Shown in pieces: positions 24,996 to 36,299 of a stretch of 64,000 nt of DNA. The notes under the pieces were generated by a model, which did no database searches, was not told the DNA's origin, and saw only the letters and a program-made list of their open reading frames with translations. How positions within the stretch are numbered: position 1 is the first letter of the stretch; each line of letters starts with the position of its first letter. This DNA is from Lophium mytilinum (lineage: Eukaryota), in contig MU004192.1 in assembly GCA_010093605.1 (NCBI GenBank), positions 752,882 to 816,881 on the forward strand, in the 5' to 3' direction. A program made the translations under genes and the position numbers.

Positions 24996-26063
24996 TGGCT
25001 TGCTGGTGTGATGGTGCATGGCAGCCCACCCACCAGATTAACGACCAAAACTTGATTACTACCATCCTAAGACTTTGACGAGCTCAGGCTCAGCAAAATA
25101 CCAAACGACTGTAATGGACCTACGAATTACGATTCCTTACGACGAAGCGCTGCATGAATTACGAACCCTTTACCTTCATCTATTGAAGGATTCATTTTCA
25201 GCCATTTTTCATTAGTTCCCGAATCACGACAGAATTCATCGTCTCTCCTTGAAAAATTATGGCGGCAGGCATAGCGATTGAAGCGTTCAGCGAAAAACAT
25301 TACGGTGGCACTCTCTTATTTCCATATTGGCTTGGATTCCTGCTGTTCTCCCCGCTTTTTCTTCAAAAAGACGGCTTATGATTGCAAACATTAACGATGT
25401 TGATGACGGAGATATTTCGGCTGCTCAAAGATGTCACAGCGGCGTGGATAGGGCTCGCGTGTTTTGGGGGGTAAACATGTCTTTCGTTCTGCTGGCAGTT
25501 ATCAGCACGCCAAGCAATGCATGCATTTACCTACCTGCCTGATGCTACTTGATCCCTTCGACTGTACCTATAATTGGACGGCGGCCCGCTTTCGTGGCGG
25601 TCCGGAGCATTGAAAGATGGTGGTTGGCTAACCGCCTGTAGCCAATGCCACGCCCGAGTGCCCTTCTCGCAGTGATACTCCAAAGTTTGTTTCAACAACA
25701 TCCTGCACACTCCCTTTCCTCTTCACGTTGTCATTGTTGACACATCTCTATCACCTTGATTGACTTCGCCATCGATGTCGCCGTCTCGATATACTTTGGT
25801 TACCTCGTCCAATTACCTCGGAGCCTTAGACGCTCGCTTTCCCCACTACACCAGTCGCCAATAGTTATCAACCATGGTACGAGGGCGGATCGCGAATATC
25901 CTCCCAACGGTCTGGCCAGGCGAAATCGCCTACCACGGATCTATGTCTCTTAACGCGCGTCTACGATACCTAGGCATGACCTATAAAAGTGTCCGCCAAT
26001 CCTCCCTCCCCTCTCCAAACACTTCTACCTTGTCATCACTCCTACCCTCTTATCATCATCACA

Positions 26064-27629
26064 ATGGAGGTCCAGATTCAGAGCGTGTCCAAACGATCTG
26101 GCGGTGGTGACCGGATCTATGACATTGGGAAAGTACTGAGCGAGCTGAAGAAGTTGTCACGGATGTTGGAGGCTGAGATTGACAAGACTCGTGTCAAAGT
26201 GCGACTAGCGGAAGAAGCTGCCGATGCATGTGGCATCCAGCCGGTTTATGAGCCTTTGCCTAAGACCTATGTGAGGGGGCGAATGCGAGGCTTTAATCAA
26301 ACAGGCACCGAGGATTGGGTCGACCTCCCTGAACGAGTGCCACTGGTCGATCCTACAGGAGTAGTGGCATTCGTCCAGGAGCTCCGTGGGGACGAATTTG
26401 GGAGCGCCGAATGGGAGGCTGTATATATGGACTACATGTCACAGGCAGAAGCTAAGCTTCCCGAATATGTCAAGGAATGGGTCAGGGACGATGAAGACGG
26501 GACAGCAGGGCATGAAGAAACCCATCGGAATCCAACCACAAGCCCGCTACGGGCTATACGAAACAAGATCGGGAACCTACAAGATGAACTCAAGCAATTC
26601 AAGAGCTATTATTGGCAAATGTACTACCAAATAAAACGTTACTGCTCTGAGAAGCATCTCGACAAAATGATGGGAAAACATCAAACCACATCCTTCCCCC
26701 TCATCACCCATGCCGCTCTCCCCTCCGGAAACGGCCACCCCTTCCCCCCAGAATGGCTGCCAGAGCACACAAAAGCCATGCCCCTGATCGAAGCCAGTTG
26801 GCAAGACAAAGTCCTCGTCGAACAGAACAAATACAGCACAAAGGCCATGATCCCCGTGCTCCTCCCCAACCCAACCCCAACATCGACCCTCTCATCCTTC
26901 GAGAAAACAGCCGCCAAGTACAAGGTAGCTGACGGATTTCTCAACCGCACCGTCGTCTCCACCTCCCTCTCCACCTCCGCCGCCCTCCCCGCCCTCGAGG
27001 CCCGCCGACGCGCCTCGCCCGACGTCCCCGCTGCTGCCGCAGCGACGCTCACGCCCGTCGCGTTCGTCCGCCAGCCGCTGCAGACGCTGCAGACGCTGTC
27101 CTCCACGAGCAGCACGGTCTTCGCGCGGCACACGGACCACGGCGACTGGAAGCTAGCGAGCCCTGACACTAGCATCGCCACAAGTACTCAGTTCCGCACA
27201 GTCGTGGTCCCGTTTTCGTCCGCTGAAGACGGGGACGGCGAATACGTGCTCTATCCCGGCGGCACGTGGACGACGCTGGGGCTGCCGCGGTCGAGTCTGC
27301 CGGGGTTTGAGGATGCGGCGGCGCACCATGAGGGGACCGGGAGGAAGGGGCTGGAGGGGTGGGCGATTGCGCTGGTTGTGGTGCTGGTTGTGCTGGTGCT
27401 GGGTGGGGTTGGCGGCGCGGTGGTTTGGGCGAGGCGGAGGGCGAAGAGGAGGAGGGAGGGGGAGAGGTTGGGGGGGTTGAGTCGGACGGGGAGGGCGATG
27501 CATGGGGAGGGGAGTGAGGTGAGTGTTAAGGGGGTCGTGTTTGAGATGACGCCCGGCGGGAGCGCGTGGTCGAGGGAGAGTGTGGGAGCGCCTGCGCAAC
27601 AGCAAGAAAGGCCCGGTGAGGCTGTGTGA
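26064..27629 (+). CDS. Hypothetical single-pass membrane protein (S/T-rich stalk, C-terminal TM helix, basic cytoplasmic tail)
   Basis: Uninterrupted 521-codon ORF from ACAATGG. TM segment WAIALVVVLVVLVLGGVGGAVVW is followed by ARRRAKRRR. Confidence 0.65.
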   Translation: MEVQIQSVSKRSGGGDRIYDIGKVLSELKKLSRMLEAEIDKTRVKVRLAEEAADACGIQPVYEPLPKTYVRGRMRGFNQTGTEDWVDLPERVPLVDPTGVVAFVQELRGDEFGSAEWEAVYMDYMSQAEAKLPEYVKEWVRDDEDGTAGHEETHRNPTTSPLRAIRNKIGNLQDELKQFKSYYWQMYYQIKRYCSEKHLDKMMGKHQTTSFPLITHAALPSGNGHPFPPEWLPEHTKAMPLIEASWQDKVLVEQNKYSTKAMIPVLLPNPTPTSTLSSFEKTAAKYKVADGFLNRTVVSTSLSTSAALPALEARRRASPDVPAAAAATLTPVAFVRQPLQTLQTLSSTSSTVFARHTDHGDWKLASPDTSIATSTQFRTVVVPFSSAEDGDGEYVLYPGGTWTTLGLPRSSLPGFEDAAAHHEGTGRKGLEGWAIALVVVLVVLVLGGVGGAVVWARRRAKRRREGERLGGLSRTGRAMHGEGSEVSVKGVVFEMTPGGSAWSRESVGAPAQQQERPGEAV

Positions 27630-28942
27630 GAGCATAGCTGTTGGGGCTTGAACGATGGTGAGCTGTGCTTGGATAAGGTGCAGCCAGAGGAAACTCTAGT
27701 GGAGGCTCGCAGCGGTTCTGACGCGCAACACGATCGTCGAATTTGGGCATAGAGGCGAAAGACTAATCGAACTATCTAGTAGCTGGTTCCTGGTTTTAAG
27801 GGTTGAGAATGGGATTTTTAAAAAAGGGGGGCAAGGTGTAATGTTTCTTTCGTTTGAATTCGGGGGCGTGGGAGTTGGGGAAGTTAATGGAGTCGAGGCA
27901 GTGGAGAAGCGTTGATTGATATACTGATAATAACATGATAAACCCTAACAGAATTTTTGGTGATGTACAGGTCTTACACGTGAGCTATAATGATATAGTC
28001 GACAGCGGCACTACTAGGATCACGTGCTCAAGAGTTGAATCCTTCAACTCTACAGATCTGAGGACGTCGACCTCCAGACACGTATCAAGGTAGAGCTGAT
28101 AGGCTCTGGAGTAGAGCATGGGTCTGTGACGAGGAAGTGGCAGCGGAAAATGTCTCCCTGGTACGTACTCTGCACCGAACGTCAGAACTCCGCCGGAAGT
28201 CAGTCTCGAGCTACAGGTACCAAGATAGACGCCAGGCCCGGGTTATCTGAAAATAGAGATGTGTCAACCATAATTAGTATCTCTAGTACTTCACAAAGTG
28301 ACACACCTCTGATGTAACTGTTCCGAGGACTTGGCATTCTTTGAAATGCCTAGACTTCCCCACACGGACAGTTCTAGGCGTTGAGGGGAAGCATGTGTAC
28401 TATGCGCGGAATCAATCAAGCCAAGAAAGAACCTTCTGACGATTTTTGCTTCATTCGCCTAGCCTCGTCTTCTCATCTTCAGCAAACATGCAATGCATGA
28501 AACATCTAGAACACTATACACTCAGCCCCATCCCCATACCGACCCATACTTCGTCAATCGACAAAAAGGAGGTGCAAATGCAGGAATTATGCAAAAACAA
28601 AGAACCCTGCACACGAAACGCGTGCGAGAAAGAATATAAATGCTGACCCGACCTGTGATACCTATTGTCCTAGCTATCCGATGTGACCGATATCCCCAAT
28701 CGTTTTGTACCGTCGCGCCGCCGCCGCCGGTGGATAAAAAGTAGTGTGTAGAGAGTAGAGTTTAGATCTAGAAACGCCGGTTGTACGAAATCTCCAGGAT
28801 GAATGGTGTTGAGAATGCGAAAAACTCGAACATGTACATCGAAGTGCGCCAGAGGATTAAAGGGTTATGGGAAGTTGCACGGGACCAGCGCCGAGTGGTG
28901 AAGAAGTTGATTATGGGAACTTCCGTGGGTGTTCGGAAGAAT

Positions 28943-30281
28943 TTACATAATAATTGACGGAGCTGTAAAGATATTAGAAATGTATTGAAACAATAGCTGT
29001 TTTCGAAACTTACAGTCAACGTTCGCCTTGATAGACTTGTGTGGTAGCACGGAGCCGCCATTGACGTAAATCTCATCTCCAATGGAGACGTCGTCTCCGA
29101 GCACAGTCACGTTCTCCAAACGTGCCCATTTTCCGACGGAGCTGTTCCAGCCAACAATGGTGGACTTGATCCAAGCGTGGTCCTTGACTCTGCTGTTCTC
29201 CAAGAGCACGCATCGCTGCAACCTGACACCATTTCCAACGACGACACCCGGTCCTATTGTTACATTGGGACCGATGCGGCAGTTCTTTCCAATCTTGGCG
29301 GTCGGGTCGATGAGGACATTTCCACCATGCACGAACGATTCAGAGACTGGAGTAAGCTGCTTCGAGCCTCTCTTCGACAGCGAAGAGAGGTAGAGGCAAG
29401 TTCCAGAAAGGAAGTCCTTTGGCTGTCCCACATCCATCCAGAAGCCCTCCAAGTCAAATGAATGCAATTCGCCATCCGCGCAAATGGCAGGGAAGGTCTC
29501 TTGTTCAATCGACGTGGGCCGTAGCTCGATACGTTTCAGTACCGAGGTGTTCAAGATGTAGATACCGGCGTTGATACGGTTTCCAACGAATTCAACGGGC
29601 TTCTCGACGAAGCGGTCGATTCTCGAGGCGTGATCGGGCTTGTGCACCACCACACCGTATTTCGAGGGTTCCTCCACCTTTGTCACTACAATTGTACCTT
29701 CCTGGCCGTGTGCCTTGTGGAAATCCGCGAGCTGCTTGAAGGGGTAGTCGCAGATGACGTCGGAGTTGAGGACGAAGAAGGGAGTGTCGTCTTTGCCTAG
29801 GATGGACTCGGCGAGCTTTAGGGGACCGGCGGTACCAAGAGGCTCAGTTTCCACGGAGAAGTCAATCTTCACGTTGTACATCTCCTCGTACTAAGAGTAG
29901 CGGTTATCAGTAAGGGTCGACCGTGAGTGGTTAAATTGACTAACCTCCTTCAACGCCTTGGTCATGATCTCGGGCCTGTAGTTCACAGCCAGCACGATGT
30001 TGGTCACGCCGGCAGCAGCCAGGGCTTCGACCTGATGCTGAATCATGGGCTTGTTCGCAAACTCGACCAGCGGTTTGGGGAGAGTGAGAGTCTGTCGAGT
30101 ATCAGTGGTCCATTGTCGAAATCGGCGGCGCTAGACTCGAGGAGCCAGGGCAGCAGAGGGTCGCAGGGCAGCATACGAGAGGTCGTAGACGGGTGCCAAA
30201 GCCTCCGACGAGAATGAGAGCTAATAGCAGCCATGGTCAGCGCATATCTTGTTGTTTTGGGGCACTGCACTCACCCTTCAT
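28943..30281 (-). CDS. MPG1: Mannose-1-phosphate guanylyltransferase (GDP-mannose pyrophosphorylase); exons 30281-30275, 30220-30177, 30091-29945, 29890-29014, 28962-28943
   Basis: [64 protein letters not shown], hexapeptide repeats and C-terminal PSIIM. Equivalent to PSA1/SRB1. Confidence 0.97.
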
Positions 30282-31226
30282 GTTGGTGGAGTTGCGGTGT
30301 GGGTTGAGTTGCGGTATGTGGTCGTAGTGGGGTCGACTGGACGTCTAAACGAGCGTATTGGGATAGCTGGATGTGAGGAACTGCAGAGAACCTCGGGAAG
30401 TTGTGTATGGGGTGCAATTGGGGTGAATGTAGGGGGCAGTCAGAGTGGACAGCTGGCTTCGGGCGTGGTTAAAAAGTATCTCGGCTTGGCACGCACGACG
30501 ATGGCGGCAGGGGTCCCCTTTTCTCGCCTTCCAATTCTCGGCCTGCCGCTTGCAGCTAAAGGGATCTAATTTCGGCTGCTGCTCCCCGCTGAGCAACGCT
30601 CAAGTAACTGCTCAGCGACACGATATACTTATTGGCCCAGTCCGCAGCCCATCCATCACGAGGTTGCACAACGCAGCCCTCACTGGACGCCCGCCCGGTC
30701 ATGTCACCGCCTCGTTCAAGGCCCTTGGTTGCCGCTTGCCCCTAGCACGCCAGGCCCGCTGGTCCACGTGGGATGAGGGCGCAATTGCGGAGGCGACGAC
30801 GTTTTCTGCCAGTCACACCGTCTCTTCCTCCGTGTTCGCCATCAGTTGACCCTGCTCCCGAGAGACGCCTGGAAACCGCGCCGCCAATCGCCACGATGCT
30901 CCCGAGTTTCTGCACCTGATCTATCCAAAAGCAAGGAAATTGCTTTTCATTATGCGACGCAAAGCCAGCACCTCTAGAGCGTACATGTACTACAGTATCA
31001 AGACACGAACACACTGGAAGACTACATCAAGCAAATGCGAGGGCTTTTTTATTTATGAACAGTCTGGAGTGTTGCTCTCCAGATCTCGAGGGTGGTCAGA
31101 TTCTCCTCAGGGATCTACGTAACCTGATATTTCGGTCACCATCTCATGTCCATCTGACCTCCCCGTATGCAGGAACCATCTCCCACAGGATCTACGTAAA
31201 GGATTGTTTCAGCCATATACCCCCAG

Positions 31227-31925
31227 CTATTCCAGTTTTCCTTCCGGCCCGTTTTCGCCCATATTCTTTTCTTCAAACCTCTCCTCTCTTTCCCACACCC
31301 ATCTCCCCTTCTCATACCTCCACAAACCTAGTCCCACGCCCCACCCCTTAGCCCCCTCCCACGCCTCCACCTCCGCATATGCCTCCCGCACCCGCTGCTC
31401 TTCGTCCTCCTTGTTCATCACCGTCCAATGCGGCCTCCATCCTCCGCGATCCTGCTCGCTCAGCCCATCCAGCCATGCTTCTCTGAGTTCTCTATGGATC
31501 CGTCTCGACTCCGGTCCTCCACGTGCTACGCTGATACCAACACCACGACGCATGCGAAACGGCTTGCCTGTCTCAATTCGAAAGGGTGTAGTACGGCCAG
31601 CACAGGACTTGAGCGCGACGAGGATCTCGGTAAGCTGGGAATGCGGCAGGGCGTGAAAGAGGGTGAGGTGTGCTGCAGTGCGATTGAGATGGCGTGGAAA
31701 GTGGCGTTCGCGGAGGGCGTTGAGCGGCGTGGAGAGGCTTGGCGACGTCAGGAGTGTTAGGACGTAGACATGGTCTTCTTGGGCTGTAGTTTTTGGCGTA
31801 TAGGCAGGATTGGGACTGGTCTGACGTGGCCGAGTCGCTTGCACAGGTGATGCTTTGGAAAGCTGATCTGGAGTGGTAGGCGCACCACCGGCGACGTTGG
31901 CGTACGACCGTGATTGGGCTGACAT
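31227..31925 (-). CDS. 2H phosphoesterase (2'-5' RNA ligase / LigT-like superfamily), intronless
   Basis: Two HxT motifs (AAHLTLFHALP, RPHWTVMNK) with typical spacing, plus LNALRERHFPRHLN. Confidence 0.85.
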   Translation of the reverse strand: MSAQSRSYANVAGGAPTTPDQLSKASPVQATRPRQTSPNPAYTPKTTAQEDHVYVLTLLTSPSLSTPLNALRERHFPRHLNRTAAHLTLFHALPHSQLTEILVALKSCAGRTTPFRIETGKPFRMRRGVGISVARGGPESRRIHRELREAWLDGLSEQDRGGWRPHWTVMNKEDEEQRVREAYAEVEAWEGAKGWGVGLGLWRYEKGRWVWEREERFEEKNMGENGPEGKLE

Positions 31926-32798
31926 TGATACTTTGCCTAGTATATAGCACTGAAATGTACCTGAGTATATTCGCTGAGCTTTCATTGCTTGTACGGTAGC
32001 TGTTGTGCGAAAGCGAAGTCTAGTCTTAGTTTATAGTTTACGTCATCATTCAGCATTTCGCGCTATCACGTTATGTCCTGGACTAACCTAGTATTAGCCT
32101 GCTTATAAAATAAAGGGTCTTAATCAAGGCCCAGGGACACAAACTAGGTAGGAGATACAGCTCAAGTATTCATTTAGGCACACAAATATACCTCCACACG
32201 AGCTCCGCGCTGGCTCGCTCAACACTACTGCGAGTAAATCCAGTTAGCAGGTATTTGGTCAGTCGAAAGTTCACCTACTCTCTAATATGGCCACCATTAG
32301 ATCGTAATTAGGAGGCTGATAGTTTGTAGTTTATCCCAAGTAGTGGCATGTAAAAACAGTGGCATGTAAGAGTGTCCAAACGTGTATCCTTGAGCTGTTC
32401 TTCCCAACACGTCCTTTTCGTTAGATCATTAATACAATCAAAGTCTCTTAGTGTATTCGGAAACATGGAGGCCGGTGAGACGGAAGTCACATAATCTGTT
32501 CGAATACACTTTACCATGAAGGGGCTCAATACCAACTCGGCTCGCCAACCATGGATCGACTGTACCAGTTCAAATAAGGGGACGAATAAAAGCTACGCAC
32601 CACAATACCTTCGAGCGTATTCCAAGGTTCTGTATCGACGCCACGGCTCAATCGAGGCCATCAGAGCGCGCCCTAGAAAGACGTCACGATGCATTGTTCC
32701 TTGAGCTCCTCCACGATACACTCACTAAACACTCGCTGCTCCCTCGTGTCCTATACTACGACAACGACCAAGAGCTATAGGCAAAGCTAAGTTCTAAC

Positions 32799-34085
32799 AT
32801 GGACCAGATCGCTACACGTACGGAGGATCTCCTCGACACATGGCCACACCTCCGAGAACCACAGCATGCCGCAAAGAAATCAATAAACCCGGTCGGAGCC
32901 CTTTGCTGCATCTTCGAGGCCGGTGCGGACAAGCAGGCCATCAAGATCGACTACTTCTTGGATGTGCTGGCAATAATCGGGCGAGAGTCTCCGCTCTGGT
33001 CTGAGGTACAAGAAGAGAAATTGGAAAGAGGCATGACCGACCGAAGATTTATAACAGCAGGAAGCACTCTCGACGAATTCCGTTGCGCTCTCAAGGCCGT
33101 CCAGCGCGGAAAGCCGATTCTTGACGAGCATCAGAAAGAGAACGCCGAGCTCCTAGAATCTCTGAGGGCTACTCGCAAACATCAACGCCGCGAAGAAAGA
33201 GATACCCACCTCCACCCTCCACCCTCCTCACCGAGACAGCCCAAACGCACGAACCAGGAGCTCTGGCATTCTCTCCTCAGCGAGGGGGATGTCGAAAATG
33301 GCCACAGCCTTCGAAATTCTGAGACTTTCAAGAACGGACTCGCTAGGAGCGTTTTCATCGATAAGGACGCCATGGTCGCCAAAAGAAATGCTGTCATTGG
33401 CAAGAACGTCTTCTGGACGGATGCCTCGACCCGAGTCAACGGACTCTCAGCCGTCGCCGTAGCCTACCACCCCGTTAACTCTCCTTACCTTTCTACCAGT
33501 CCCGCGAACGCCGGCTACGGGCACTGTTCTGACTCCGCCGAAACATTCGGAATCCTCTACGCTCTCGACGTCGCTGAACATCTCCTCCGCTGGGACAATG
33601 AGTGGCGTGAGGCGATGGTATCAGACATGATAGTCATACAGTGCGATTCTCAGAATGCGCTGAGGCAGATCGGAGCTTGTACTGCTAACAAAGGCTCGTG
33701 CATGAGGTCTTATATTAAAAGAATAGTAGAGAGAGTGTATAGGATTTATGAACTTGGTATCAAGGTGGAGTTTCGATGGGTGCCGGGACATAAAGGAGTC
33801 CTTGGTAACTTGTGCGCGGATAGAGCAGCCAAGGCGGCGAGAATGCAGTATGAGCACGACGCCGGTGCCGACCGCAAGAACCTTCACTGTGCGTATCTCG
33901 AAACTCAGTACGCGCATAACCAAAGCCAACTTGAAGATCTTCGAGCTCGGTTCAGCCATCTCCGCGATGCTGCTGAAGCTGCTAGTGTTGTATCAGCTGT
34001 CTTTGAACAAGCCGCTACTGAGAGTTATGTTTCACACACGTACGGTTTGTATGGGGAATCGCAGACGCTCTATATTCAGGCATAA
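32799..34085 (+). CDS. Stand-alone RNase H (RNase HI, non-LTR retroelement-like subtype) with long N-terminal extension, intronless
   Basis: FWTDAS (D), SAETFGI (E), IQCDSQNAL (D) and VEFRWVPGHKGVLGNLCADRAAK (H, D) give an intact catalytic set. Confidence 0.85.
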   Translation: MDQIATRTEDLLDTWPHLREPQHAAKKSINPVGALCCIFEAGADKQAIKIDYFLDVLAIIGRESPLWSEVQEEKLERGMTDRRFITAGSTLDEFRCALKAVQRGKPILDEHQKENAELLESLRATRKHQRREERDTHLHPPPSSPRQPKRTNQELWHSLLSEGDVENGHSLRNSETFKNGLARSVFIDKDAMVAKRNAVIGKNVFWTDASTRVNGLSAVAVAYHPVNSPYLSTSPANAGYGHCSDSAETFGILYALDVAEHLLRWDNEWREAMVSDMIVIQCDSQNALRQIGACTANKGSCMRSYIKRIVERVYRIYELGIKVEFRWVPGHKGVLGNLCADRAAKAARMQYEHDAGADRKNLHCAYLETQYAHNQSQLEDLRARFSHLRDAAEAASVVSAVFEQAATESYVSHTYGLYGESQTLYIQA

Positions 34086-34665
34086 GTAAGAGGCGCGTAT
34101 ATCGGAAGACTGTCATGTGATCTAGACTGGAGCTGGACTGTATCGATGCTTCCTCGGTTCTGGGTTCGAATTTTTGCCTTCATCCTACCTCGATTTGCTT
34201 TGGATCAAAAGCGAAGGATTAAAAAAGTGCTATGTTCTGTGGAGCGTGGTACTTGGATTGGCAATCTAAGACGTGGCATAGAAAACATCTCGCGAGTACG
34301 TCAATGGAGCAGTGGGAGGAACGGTGTGTCGTGGCCATGGTCATTCACTCATCTTAGTGATTTCTATCCGCAACAACAATAACTGATGCTTATCATCAGA
34401 ACTGTTACTCAACAACAGATATCAAAAAAGGCTGGAAAACTCATCGTTGCCTCTCGCTCTTCGTCTGCGAGGTCTACTGCCAATCTTCCCAGTCCCAAGA
34501 TGCTCATCATCATCGCGTGTTACCAAAGTCTCCCACCCATGACCTTTGTGCCAGCGATGCCTGTTAATCGTGATCCATTCCTCTCTCATGCACACCCAGA
34601 ACGAGCCATCGGTGACTAGATCTTCCCATTTTGAACAATCCATCTATGTTAGAGCCTCTGATTTT

Positions 34666-35334
34666 GGGCGAGCCTAATCGTAGCCCCCCTTTTTACTAGT
34701 CGTAGCCCCCCCTTTCACTACCTATAGCCCCCCCTAAATTAGGTCTAGCTCCGGCGCGTATTAATATTATTCCACTAATTAAACTTACTTGCTTGCCTTT
34801 AGCTTACCTTGCACGCTAAGCTAACTAAATCTATATATTATAGGTAAACTTATAATATTCTCTAGCATTCTACCTTAATACTATACTACTCTAGGCACCC
34901 TCTTAGGCCTGCTATAAGTCTATAAAGGCTAGTATAGTATCTATCTAAGCCTAGATAAAGGTGTAGAGCTATACCTTTTAAAAATATAGTAATAAGTATA
35001 ATAAGCACACTCTACTATAAATATATAAAGTTCTTATAGAATATAACTATATAGGAACCTATATACTAGCTAATAAAAAGCGGCGTATATATACTAAAAA
35101 GACTAACTATTAGATAAAAGCTTTCTTTAGCTATAATCTTTAGCTTAGTAACTAGTTCTTTAAAGTAATATATACTTACTATTTTATATAGCCTTCTATA
35201 AAGTTAAATAAGTAAGTTTAATTAGTAGAATAATATTAATACGCGCCGGAGCTAGACCTAATTTAGGGGGGGCTACAGGTAGTAAAAGGGGGGGCTACGA
35301 CTAGTAAAAAGGGGGGCTACGATTAGGCTCGCCC
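34666..35334. mobile_element. Non-autonomous DNA transposon (MITE-like), 669 bp, 136-bp TIRs, 8-bp TSD CTGATTTT, RIP-mutated
   Basis: TIRs at 34666-34801 and 35199-35334 (GGGCGAGCCTAATCGTAGCCCCCC...). CTGATTTT at 34658-34665 and 35335-35342. TpA-rich interior with no ORF. Confidence 0.93.
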
Positions 35335-36299
35335 CTGATTTTTGCTCCAGAGTCTCCTCCACGCACTCGTGTTCGGACGCGTAGGTGACTTTTGCACTTC
35401 CACATGTAATCTCAAGATGCGATGGCGAAACCCCAGACCCCAATCCACTTTCCTTATTCAGAACCCCTCTGCTGAGGTAGAAAGGTCTGGCTGACGGGGA
35501 CGGCGGGAGATTTCATACCCAGTCCCGCAAGGATCTCACGTGACCAAAACGTGACCTGATGAGTAGATGACGGTGAGATATCGGCGAGCAGGGCCTGCGG
35601 CAACTAATACAGAAATTTGCTGGTACTGTTCCACGTTGTTTGACGTGCTTCAAGAAACAAACACAAATCGTGAGCGGATTCAAATATATATTTTTACTAG
35701 GTCTGAGACTATTTCGGTTTACTTGTTCTTTCCAGTTGATAAATGTTATGATACTACCGAAAAGCTTCGTGCCTTTTACATACTATCTCTCAAGCTCTGT
35801 TGTAAAGAAAGGTGGTGGAGAGGATGGACAAGGGATGGTTCGCCAGTGAGACCCCTCAGCCTGCACTCTCAAGATCGCAAAATTAAACGCAATCGCGTCC
35901 CAGAGAGGATTGCCTTTGAAGGTAAATTTCACGTTCTTTTTGGGCCGGACATAGCATATCCCATTTTGCTTTCTTTCCTCGCCAAAAGACATCCACTTCA
36001 GAAAAGGGCTTATGTTCCAGGCGCACTTTGAACCTTTCATAATCGCTACGATGTCATTGTGAAGCCCGCCCTGGAGATCATGGAATGTAATGCGAGGGTG
36101 CAGACTTGAGAAAGCATCTTCCCAAAAGACCTTTGAGCCGTCGCTATTCTCTATAGCTCATCATGTGACCAACTCTTACCTACGCACGCAATCCCTATCA
36201 CGCAGTGACACGATGCAGACTGAGATCCGACAGCTAATCCTAGGACAGTTAAGTAATGCCCTACCTTACCTAATTGCTGGAGTATCGCATTCTCTTACG

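Noticed and set aside
28345..28392. HDV-like ribozyme
   Set aside because: P1.1 GG, P4 and the J4/2 catalytic C are absent. Kept only as a generic pseudoknot candidate.
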